64,000 bases of DNA from an uncultured Collinsella sp. (lineage in GTDB: Bacteria; Actinomycetota; Coriobacteriia; Coriobacteriales; Coriobacteriaceae). Made by a program: the position numbers and the translations under genes. Shown piece by piece: positions 35,810-43,543 of the stretch. The stretch is from NCBI GenBank assembly GCA_900543605.1, contig UQSK01000001.1, positions 23,720 to 87,719 of the forward strand, in the 5' to 3' direction. The notes under the pieces were generated by a model that was not told the origin of the DNA, did not search any database, and saw only the letters and a list, made by a program, of their open reading frames with translations. Within the stretch, counting starts at the first letter, position 1. Each line of letters starts with the position of its first letter.

Positions 35810-37072
35810 GTGCAAAATACCAAGCAAAAGTCGGGCACCAAGCAAAAGTTGACCATCGCGGCCATCTTTGGCGCAATGGGTCCCGGTCTGTTGGCGGCGC
35901 TTTCGGGCAATGACGCCGGCGGCATTGCAACGTATTCAAGCGCAGGCGCCAGCTATGGCTACAAGATGCTCTGGATGCTTCCCGTCATGACTGTGCTGCT
36001 CATCGTGACGCAGGAGACCGCGGCGCGCTGCGGTTGCGTTACGGGCAAGGGCCTGGCATCGCTCATTCGCGAGCGCTTTGGCGTGCGCAAGAGTGTACTT
36101 GCTATGGCGGCGCTGTTGATCGCCAACACGGCTGTGACCATTTCGGAGTTTGCGGGCATCGCCAGCGGCCTTGCTCTTTTTGGCGTGCCGGCGAGCATCT
36201 CGGTGCCGTTGGTGGCGCTGCTGGTGTGGATGCTTACCATGTCGGGTAGTTTCCAGCGCATCGAGAAGATCCTGCTGCTGGTGAGCTGCGTGTTCGTGAC
36301 CTATATTGTCGCTGCGTTTATGGCTGGCCCCAACTGGGGTGAGGTCGCGGTCGACCTGGTCGTGCCCAACATTCAAAATGACCCCAGCTACGTGTCGCTC
36401 GTGGTCGCAACGATCGGTACCACCATCGCGCCGTGGATGATTTTCTTAGCGCAGAACAACGTGGTCGATAAGAACGCGGGCGAGGACGATATCGTGCTGC
36501 AGCGTATCGATACCGTGAGCGGCTCGCTTGCCGCCGATGTCATTGCCGGCTTTATTATCATCACGACCGGTACGGTGTTGTTCCCGGCGGGCATTCAGAT
36601 TAGCGATGCTGCCGATGCTGCCCGCGCGCTGGAGCCTATTGCGGGTCAGTGGTCCACGGTACTGTTTGCCTCGGGCCTGGTCGCGGCGAGCTTCTTGGCT
36701 GCCTGCGTGCTGCCGGGCGTTACGTCGAGCGCTATCTGCGAGGCATTTGGCTGGGAGCGCGGTGCCGACCGCAGCTGGGACGAGGCCCCGGTCTATCGCG
36801 GCATCATTACGGCCATCATCGGTATCTCTGCCGTGCTGGTGCTTATGCCCGGCGTCGATCTGTTCCAGATTATGATGACCTCGCAGGTCATCAATGGCGT
36901 GCTACTGCCCGTGGTTCTGGTGTTCCAGGTGGTTATCGCCGCCGACCGTCACATTATGGGCGCCAACCGCAACGGCCGCGTGTGGAACGTGCTCACTTGG
37001 GCGACTATCGGCGTGATTACGGTGCTCACGGTTGTCATGTTTGTCCTGCAGGCGATGGGCTACAGCGCTTAG
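35810..37072 (+). CDS. Nramp-related magnesium transporter (NRMT clade of SLC11)
   Basis: The GTG start at 35810 lies 9 nt after the upstream stop. The protein has the Nramp fold, but TM1 reads GNDAGGIATY instead of DPGN, and TM6 reads GTTIAPWMIF instead of GAxxMPH. These Asn-to-Gly and Met-to-Ala changes are, as I recall, the ones reported for NRMTs of Clostridium acetobutylicum and Eggerthella lenta. Confidence 0.75.
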   Translation: MQNTKQKSGTKQKLTIAAIFGAMGPGLLAALSGNDAGGIATYSSAGASYGYKMLWMLPVMTVLLIVTQETAARCGCVTGKGLASLIRERFGVRKSVLAMAALLIANTAVTISEFAGIASGLALFGVPASISVPLVALLVWMLTMSGSFQRIEKILLLVSCVFVTYIVAAFMAGPNWGEVAVDLVVPNIQNDPSYVSLVVATIGTTIAPWMIFLAQNNVVDKNAGEDDIVLQRIDTVSGSLAADVIAGFIIITTGTVLFPAGIQISDAADAARALEPIAGQWSTVLFASGLVAASFLAACVLPGVTSSAICEAFGWERGADRSWDEAPVYRGIITAIIGISAVLVLMPGVDLFQIMMTSQVINGVLLPVVLVFQVVIAADRHIMGANRNGRVWNVLTWATIGVITVLTVVMFVLQAMGYSA

Positions 37073-37091
37073 CGCCCACTTTTGCTTCCGA

Positions 37092-37126
37092 ACAGGCCGC
37101 AGCGATGGGCTGCGGCCTGTTTTTTG
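37092..37126 (+). terminator. rho-independent terminator
   Basis: ACAGGCCGCAGC-N5-GCTGCGGCCTGT followed by TTTTTT. Confidence 0.8.
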
Positions 37127-37159
37127 TCTGCTATAGGGTGTTAGTTATATAGCAATGGA

Positions 37160-37379
37160 CAAAAAATGCCAAATATGAGTACTGTTGCTAAGTGAATAGC
37201 ATTTACATCTGAATAGATAATGAACATAACCATTAGTATGTTCATTAAAATTGGCTTCAATACGCCTTAAACCAGTCAGGTTGGCTGCTTTAGGGGGTTG
37301 TAGGGGTCGCTCGGACGTCATTTTGGGTGGTTTTGCCTGCTACTAAAATGGTAACATTACTCATATTTGCCCTTTTTTG
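37160..37379. repeat. AT-rich ~220-nt MITE-like element
   Basis: The terminal inverted repeats are CAAAAAATGCCAAATATGAGTA (37160-37181) and TACTCATATTTGCCCTTTTTTG (37358-37379). The interior GC is much lower than its surroundings and contains the palindrome AATGAACATA-N-TATGTTCATT. Confidence 0.5.
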
Positions 37380-37559
37380 CCCACAGCCTCTTGGAGCCGG
37401 CTCGAAAAGAGTGATTTTGGGTTGTTTGCTGCGGGCGTGGGGCTTGGAAACAACGCTCGGGGTGGCGAGGCGCCCAGAATTCGGTCGCAACGAGGGCGTT
37501 CCTCGGCTGTGTCAGGAGTGTCCCTAGGTGCCGGCACATAAGGAACGTCCCTAACTACC

Positions 37560-37601
37560 GGAAGGGGGGCGTCTGCCGTGGCAGGCGCCCCCCTTCCGGA
37601 T
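37560..37601. terminator. GC-rich bidirectional hairpin downstream of the acyltransferase gene
   Basis: CCGGAAGGGGGGCG-TCTGCCGTGGCAG-GCGCCCCCCTTCCGG. Confidence 0.55.
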
Positions 37602-37622
37602 GTGGGAAGTTTGTGCTGTGGG

Positions 37623-39839
37623 TTACTTGTCGGTGCCCAGCTTGTGTGGCTTGAGAGCGAGCGCATTGACGAGCGCGTCGGTGGCAGACTTGACGGCTGC
37701 CGGCTGCGGATCATTAACGTGATCCTCGGGATGCACGGGCAGGTCCTTCTTGACGGCATCGTGGATGAGCTTAAGGTACTCGGTCACACCCGTGTTCGAA
37801 AGGTGCGTGCCGTCGCCATCGAACAGATCGTTGCGGTTGGCACTGTATCCGTACCAGTCGATAACGCGCACGTTTTTGTAGCGCGTAGCGGCGTTGGCGA
37901 TGGCCTGGTTGGTAGAGCCAACCCACGGCTGCGGGCTGCGCGTGTTCACAAACACCACAATACGCTTATCTCCTGCATCGGCCATGATGGCGTCTATCTG
38001 GTCGTCGGTTACCAAGCCGTTGGTGCCCAGGGCAAAGACCACGATCTTGCCGGCAAGGTTCTGCTGGATATAGCCTTCAAATGTCGCACGGCCCGCATCA
38101 AACTGGCGGCCCTTTTCGGCATCGATATGGCTGTGCGGGAACACGCCGTCAAAGGTGTCCACGGCACGCAGCGACACGGAGTCGCCGATCATAAGCAGAT
38201 CGTAGGAGCCATCGGGGAAGCCGTCGTTGTCCTTGTCGGTGTCGTCGGCCGCCTGCTGGTCGGTGGGCGCGGTGTTCTTGGCTTCCTTGTTCAGAACTTC
38301 GGCGCCCTCACCGCTCAGTGCGGAGGTCTCCGGCACAAAGATCAGGCCGCCCAGCGCAACGACCAACACGACAGCGCAGGCTGCGCAGGCAGGGACGTGC
38401 GCGCGTGCCCAGTTGGCGGGCGTGGTGGCGCCATCGCGGAATTCGGCGACGGTGCGCCCAAAGGCGCCCTTCCTAAACGGAGTCTCGATAAAGCGATATG
38501 AGCATTCGGCCACGGCGACCACCAGCAGCACCTGCAAAATGTACTGCCACCAGGGTGTATCGTTGATGTTGGCGACCGGGTTCATGAGCAACAGCAGCGG
38601 ATAGTGCCACAGGTAGATGCTGTACGAGCGCTTGCCAACCCACACGAGCGGCTCGGCGGACAGCGCGCGGGCAACCATTCCCTGGGGCTGCACGCAGGCG
38701 GCAATGACCATGAGCGTGAGGATCGAGCACAGCAGCGTGCCGCCGCGATACTGGAACGCGGTGTAGCCGTTGGTGAGCGCGACCATGGCAGCAAGACCAA
38801 CCAGACCCACGACGCCCAGCACATCGATGGATGCGGGCGAGGACCAAAAGCGCACGAGGGCGCTCGGCTGTGCCGGGGCGGTCTCGGCTGCTTCGTCGGC
38901 CTTCTCGCCAGGCTTGCCCTCGGCGTTCTTGCCGTGCTTGGCGGCGCCAGCCAGGCGATTGAACCCCAAACGATGAGCGAGACGCACCGGCGCCAGGTCG
39001 CGATCGGGGATAAAGGCCATCCAGGCGCCCAGCAGCAGCGAGAACACGCGGGTGTCGGTGCCGTAGTACACGCGGCTGGGGTCGGCGGCGGGGTTGTAAA
39101 GCACCATCATGGCAAGGGCGGATACCGCGGCGAGGCCCAGAACCACGCGGCGCGTGTTGGGCTTGCTCACATGCATGGATACCATGGCAAACAGCAGTGG
39201 CGGCCAAATCAGGTAGAACTGTTCCTCGATGGCAAGCGACCAAAAGTGCGTGAGCGGCGAGGGGTCGCCCAGAGCATTGAAGTACGAGACGTTTTGGGCA
39301 ATCTGCCACCAGTTGTTGAAGAACAGCAGCGACGGCAGGATGTCGGGGCGCATCTTGGTGAGCATCACGTGGTTAAAGATAGTGCACAGCGCGCAGGTTA
39401 CAAACACTACCGTTACCACGGCGGGGACCAGGCGACGGATGCGGCGAATCCAGAAGCTCTTGAGGTCGATGCGTCCGGTCTTAGCGACTTCGTTGAGTAG
39501 CAGGCGCGTGATCAGATAGCCCGAAAGCACAAAGAAGATCGTGACGCCGAGCAGGCCGCCCTGAGCCCACGTGAGGTTAAGGTGATAGAGCACCACCGCG
39601 ACGACGGCAAGCGTACGCAGACCGTCGAGTGCAGGGATGTAGCGGGACTTGGGGCGAGCAGACGTTTGCTCCGCGGCGGGAGTGTTGGCGCGGCCCGCGT
39701 TGTTGGCAGAAGCGCGATGGGGGCTCGCGGTGCGTCGCGGTTCGTTGGCACGGCGTTCGCCCTTCACGCGTTCGTGCGGCGCCGGCTCGTTGCCCGTGCG
39801 GCGTCGACCGCGCGAGCCCGATTGCGAGAGTTGTTCCAT
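37623..39839 (-). CDS. acyltransferase-3 family membrane protein fused to an SGNH hydrolase domain (OatA-like O-acetyltransferase)
   Basis: IPALDGLRTLAVVAVVLYHL and FFVLSGYLIT are AT3 motifs, with about 10 TM helices. The C-terminal SGNH domain contains LLMIGDSVSL ... GTNG ... DGTHL. Confidence 0.85.
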   Translation of the reverse strand: MEQLSQSGSRGRRRTGNEPAPHERVKGERRANEPRRTASPHRASANNAGRANTPAAEQTSARPKSRYIPALDGLRTLAVVAVVLYHLNLTWAQGGLLGVTIFFVLSGYLITRLLLNEVAKTGRIDLKSFWIRRIRRLVPAVVTVVFVTCALCTIFNHVMLTKMRPDILPSLLFFNNWWQIAQNVSYFNALGDPSPLTHFWSLAIEEQFYLIWPPLLFAMVSMHVSKPNTRRVVLGLAAVSALAMMVLYNPAADPSRVYYGTDTRVFSLLLGAWMAFIPDRDLAPVRLAHRLGFNRLAGAAKHGKNAEGKPGEKADEAAETAPAQPSALVRFWSSPASIDVLGVVGLVGLAAMVALTNGYTAFQYRGGTLLCSILTLMVIAACVQPQGMVARALSAEPLVWVGKRSYSIYLWHYPLLLLMNPVANINDTPWWQYILQVLLVVAVAECSYRFIETPFRKGAFGRTVAEFRDGATTPANWARAHVPACAACAVVLVVALGGLIFVPETSALSGEGAEVLNKEAKNTAPTDQQAADDTDKDNDGFPDGSYDLLMIGDSVSLRAVDTFDGVFPHSHIDAEKGRQFDAGRATFEGYIQQNLAGKIVVFALGTNGLVTDDQIDAIMADAGDKRIVVFVNTRSPQPWVGSTNQAIANAATRYKNVRVIDWYGYSANRNDLFDGDGTHLSNTGVTEYLKLIHDAVKKDLPVHPEDHVNDPQPAAVKSATDALVNALALKPHKLGTDK

Positions 39840-40026
39840 AAAACATCATCCAATGACGAGAATAATCAGCACGCCTTCATTGTAGCTGCCTGCTCCTGTG
39901 AATGCTTGCTGCTGGCGCAAGCTCAAGCGCGCGTCCACATCAAAGTGAACTAAAGTTATAGGGGGTGCGAGAGTGCACGATCGACGGTTGGCGGTGGGCA
40001 TAAGGCCCGCAGATGAGGAGGTTTCC

Positions 40027-40989
40027 ATGGCAGATCGCGGCATCGTTGCGGTGTTCGGCAGCATGAACATGGACCTTTCGGTGGCGTGCGAGCGCATACC
40101 GCGTGCGGGCGAGACCGTCGGCGGCAGCGGGTTTATCACCAACGCCGGCGGCAAGGGCGCCAATCAGGCTGTAGCTGCCGCGCGTATGGGCACGTGCACG
40201 CACATGATCGGCGCGGTCGGTCGCGACGCGTTCGGCGCGTCGCTCGTGGTGGGGCTCCAAGACGCCGGCGTGGACTGTGACTTTGTAGTGCATCGCGATG
40301 ACGTGGAGACGGGAACGGCGACCATCATTCGCTGCGAGGGCGACAACCGCATCATACTGTCACCGGGCGCCAACCATGCGCTTGCGGGCGCGGACGTTGC
40401 CTGCGCGTTGAGGCGTCTGGTGGCCCATGAGCTCGACGGCAACGCCAGCGAGATTGCCCCGGCTGCCGGAAGCGTCTTTATCGCCCAGGGTGAATGTGAC
40501 CTTGCAGCGACGGCCGATGCGCTTGTTTGCGCTCACGAGCTGGGGTTCTATACGGTCTTTAATCCAGCGCCTGCTTGTGAGTTGCCTGCGGAGGTCTGGT
40601 CTGCGGTCGACTTGGTCTGCCCCAACGAGACCGAGTGCCAGGTGCTGACGGGTATCCTGCCCAAGGACGATGAGAGCTGCGTCGCCGCGCTCAAAGCCCT
40701 GCTTGCCAAGGGCGCCGGCGCCGCGGTCATCACGCTGGGCGGTGCCGGCTCGGTTACGCTCGGCGATGGCGGTGAGCTGCTGCGCATGCCGGCACTTTCG
40801 AGTACGGTAGTCGATACCACGGCCGCCGGCGATACGTTTATCGGCGCGTTGGCGGCGGCTCGACTAGAGGGCTTGTCACTCTTGGAGTGCATGGCCGCGG
40901 GTGCTCGCGCCTCTGCAGTGACGGTGTCGCGCCTGGGCGCTCAGCAATCGATTCCCACGCGCGCCGAAGTTGAACATTGGTTTGGTTAA
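40027..40989 (+). CDS. rbsK: ribokinase
   Basis: The start was moved to the ATG at 40027 (RBS GAGGAGG). The motifs GSMNMDL, GGKGANQAVAAARMG and DTTAAGDTFIGAL (PfkB signature) are present. Confidence 0.85.
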   Translation: MADRGIVAVFGSMNMDLSVACERIPRAGETVGGSGFITNAGGKGANQAVAAARMGTCTHMIGAVGRDAFGASLVVGLQDAGVDCDFVVHRDDVETGTATIIRCEGDNRIILSPGANHALAGADVACALRRLVAHELDGNASEIAPAAGSVFIAQGECDLAATADALVCAHELGFYTVFNPAPACELPAEVWSAVDLVCPNETECQVLTGILPKDDESCVAALKALLAKGAGAAVITLGGAGSVTLGDGGELLRMPALSSTVVDTTAAGDTFIGALAAARLEGLSLLECMAAGARASAVTVSRLGAQQSIPTRAEVEHWFG

Positions 40990-41019
40990 ACGATAAAGAC
41001 GGAGAAGCGGAGTAGAACA

Positions 41020-41994
41020 ATGGCAATCAAGAAGCTGATCCTTGATCTGGATATGGGTGTGGACGATGCGATGGCGCTGGCCTATGCCATCGCGAGCCCC
41101 GAGGTGGAGCTCGTGGGCATCACCACGTGCTTTGGCAACGTGCGCGTCGAGCAATCGGCGCACAACTGCCTGGCGGTGCTCGATCTGCTGGGTCGCCCCG
41201 AGGTTCCGGTGTACCTGGGTGCCGACCGTCCTCTGCAGGCGACTGAGCCCTATACGCCGCCGGCGTCCACCGCGCTCATTCACGGCAAGAACGGCATCGG
41301 CGGCGCGAGCGTGCCCGCGTCGCCCTACGAGCCGGTGGGGGCGACCTCGGCCGACGGCAACGCTGCGGTCGATTATCTGATCGATGCCGCGCGCACCTAT
41401 GGTCCCGATCTGGTCTACGTAGCGACTGGCCCGCTCTCCAACCTGGCGCTCGCCCTGGAGCGCGATGCGGCGGCGATGATGTCCATCGGCCGCGTGGTCG
41501 TGATGGGCGGCGCCCTTACCGTGCCCGGTAACGTGAGCGCGGGCGCCGAGGCCAATATGGCGAGCGACCCCGAGGCGGCCGACGCGGTGCTGCGCTCGGG
41601 CCGTAAGCTCACCATGGTGGGTCTGGACGTGACGCATCGCGTGGTGCTCACGCGTCGCGACATTGCCGGCTGGACGGGTTCGGGCACCATGGCCGGTTGC
41701 GCGTTTGCGAGCATGGTGGAGCACTACATTGGCTCGTACGAGATGAACGCACCCTACCTGGGTGGTTGTGCGCTGCACGATCCGCTGGCCGTTGCCGTGG
41801 CGATCGACCCCACGCTCGTAGGTGCGCTCGGCTGCAACCTGCGTGTTGATCTGCTGGGCGAGTACCGCGGTCGCACCATCTGCGATGAGCGCCGCCTGTC
41901 CGATCCGGACAAGAGCGCGCTTGTGGCACTGACCGTGGATGCTCCGCGCTTCCTTTTTGAGTTCAAGGCACGCATGGCCCGCGTCCTGGGCTAA
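41020..41994 (+). CDS. inosine-uridine-preferring nucleoside hydrolase family protein
   Basis: The N-terminal motif is LILDLDMGVDDAMAL (DxDxxxDD). HDPLAVA is present near the C-terminus. Confidence 0.9.
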   Translation: MAIKKLILDLDMGVDDAMALAYAIASPEVELVGITTCFGNVRVEQSAHNCLAVLDLLGRPEVPVYLGADRPLQATEPYTPPASTALIHGKNGIGGASVPASPYEPVGATSADGNAAVDYLIDAARTYGPDLVYVATGPLSNLALALERDAAAMMSIGRVVVMGGALTVPGNVSAGAEANMASDPEAADAVLRSGRKLTMVGLDVTHRVVLTRRDIAGWTGSGTMAGCAFASMVEHYIGSYEMNAPYLGGCALHDPLAVAVAIDPTLVGALGCNLRVDLLGEYRGRTICDERRLSDPDKSALVALTVDAPRFLFEFKARMARVLG

Positions 41995-42003
41995 GTTGTC
42001 TTT

Positions 42004-42073
42004 TTGGGACGGGGCTTTTTGACTGGTATGATTGGTGTGACCATTCGAACCAGCTAAAAGAGCCCCGTCCCAA
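42004..42073. repeat. long hairpin between the nucleoside hydrolase gene and luxS
   Basis: TTGGGACGGGGCTTTTTGACTGG pairs with CCAGCTAAAAGAGCCCCGTCCCAA. The loop is about 23 nt. Confidence 0.7.
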
Positions 42074-42096
42074 TTTGACTATCGAGAGGATCTGCC

Positions 42097-42585
42097 ATGG
42101 AGCGCATCGCGAGCTTTTCCGTTGATCATCTGCTGCTTGAGCCCGGCGTGTATGTGAGCCGCATCGACCGCGATCCGGCGACCGGTGCCGCCGTCACCAC
42201 GTTTGACCTGCGCCTGACCACGCCCAACAAGGAGCCGGTCATGAACACGGCCGAGTGCCACACCATCGAGCACCTGGGTGCGACGTTCCTTCGCAATCAT
42301 GCCGAGTGGTCGAGCCGCATTGTCTACTTTGGCCCCATGGGCTGCCGCACGGGCTTTTACCTCGTCGTTTTTGGCGAGGTGACGAGTGAGGAAATCCTGC
42401 CGCTCGTGCGCGAACTGTTCGAGTTTGTCGCCGACTTTGAGGGCGATGTCCCCGGTGCCGCTCCCGAGGAGTGCGGTAACTACCTGGACCAGAACCTTCC
42501 CATGGCTAACTGGCTCGCGCGCCGTTACCTCGACCGCGACCTGGCCGATATCGACGAGAAGCACCTGCGCTATCAGCAGGCGTAA
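42097..42585 (+). CDS. luxS: S-ribosylhomocysteine lyase
   Basis: The metal-binding HTIEH motif, GPMGCRTGFY and ECGN are all present. The length is 162 aa. Confidence 0.9.
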   Translation: MERIASFSVDHLLLEPGVYVSRIDRDPATGAAVTTFDLRLTTPNKEPVMNTAECHTIEHLGATFLRNHAEWSSRIVYFGPMGCRTGFYLVVFGEVTSEEILPLVRELFEFVADFEGDVPGAAPEECGNYLDQNLPMANWLARRYLDRDLADIDEKHLRYQQA

Positions 42586-42729
42586 GGGCTTTATCGCCCA
42601 AAACGCGCGCATTGGGCGCCCTCGCTTATGCGGGGGCGCCTTTTTGTTGATTGGTCGGGACGAGCGTTCAAAATCGCTCATGTTTGTTCTAGAATGTTCG
42701 TATAGTCACATTTGCGAACAGGAGTGAAC

Positions 42730-43374
42730 ATGCATATCTACTCTGTCAACGATCCCGAGTTCAAATCCTATGGCAACGTTTGGGATGACGTTCCGTCCGA
42801 GCTCACGTCGCCCGTGCTCGAGGCGCTCTCTGCCACGCCCATTCCCGAGGGCAGCAAGTACGTAGCAAGTGCGCCCGAGCTCGAGGGCGTCATGGATGCC
42901 GATAAGCTGGGCTTTCTCATGTTTGGCGGTCGTCCCTTCCAGCTCGGCTGGTGCAACGGCCACAACACGCGTCTCAACTGCCTGGAGTATCACCGCGCCA
43001 GCGAATTCAACCTGGGCGCTCGCGACTTTATCCTGCTTGTGGCGCATCGCTGGGAGATCGAGGACGGCAAGCTCGATACCGCGTACGTCAAGGCGTTTCG
43101 CGTGCCGGCGGGTACGGTTGTCGAGGTTTTCAACACCACGCTCCACTACACGCCATGCATGGTCGACGACGGCGGCTTCCAGGTGATGGTGGCGCTGCCC
43201 GCTGGCACCAATGGTCCGCGCCCCGAGGCCGCAGCCGACATGCCTACCACCGGTGACAGCTACTGCTACTGGAAGGCCGACAAGTGGGTTCTCTGCCATG
43301 CTGACAGCCCCAAGGCTGCCGAAGGCGGCTACGTAGGCCTCATCGGCAAAAACCTCGACATCACCGTGGACTAG
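42730..43374 (+). CDS. DUF4867-like protein (cupin-like)
   Basis: ATG 42730 follows AGGAGTG. The N-terminus MHIYSVNDPEFKSYGNVWDD matches my recollection of the DUF4867 family N-terminus. The assignment comes from memory only. Confidence 0.55.
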   Translation: MHIYSVNDPEFKSYGNVWDDVPSELTSPVLEALSATPIPEGSKYVASAPELEGVMDADKLGFLMFGGRPFQLGWCNGHNTRLNCLEYHRASEFNLGARDFILLVAHRWEIEDGKLDTAYVKAFRVPAGTVVEVFNTTLHYTPCMVDDGGFQVMVALPAGTNGPRPEAAADMPTTGDSYCYWKADKWVLCHADSPKAAEGGYVGLIGKNLDITVD

Positions 43375-43380
43375 CGCATC

Positions 43381-43429
43381 GCCCCAAACCACCACAAAGG
43401 TGCCTGTCCCCTTTGCGGTGGTTTGGGGC
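43381..43429 (+). terminator. 20-bp-stem hairpin after the DUF4867-like gene (CCACCACAAAGG hairpin family)
   Basis: GCCCCAAACCACCACAAAGG-N8-CCTTTGCGGTGGTTTGGGGC. A related hairpin occurs in the mgtA leader (55423-55450). Confidence 0.6.
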
Positions 43430-43543
43430 GGGCGGATATCGGGAAGTGCCAGACGGGGGAGGCTGCCGGGCGCCTTGCCGTCTGCGGATTTTGGGACATG
43501 CGGCCCGCTTTTTCGACCCATCTGTCGGTACACTAAAAGCACT

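Noticed and set aside
42730-43374. Kiwa-type defence component (DUF4868/KwaB)
   Set aside because: The size (214 aa) and the N-terminal MHIYSV.DPEF..YG pattern fit my recollection of DUF4867, not KwaB. No KwaA-like 4-TM partner is adjacent.
43400-43543. Upstream extension of the 7TM sensor ORF to 43400
   Set aside because: The extension overlaps the strong terminator hairpin at 43381-43429 and encodes Arg/Gly/Pro-rich junk. The ATG at 43544 or 43628 is more plausible.
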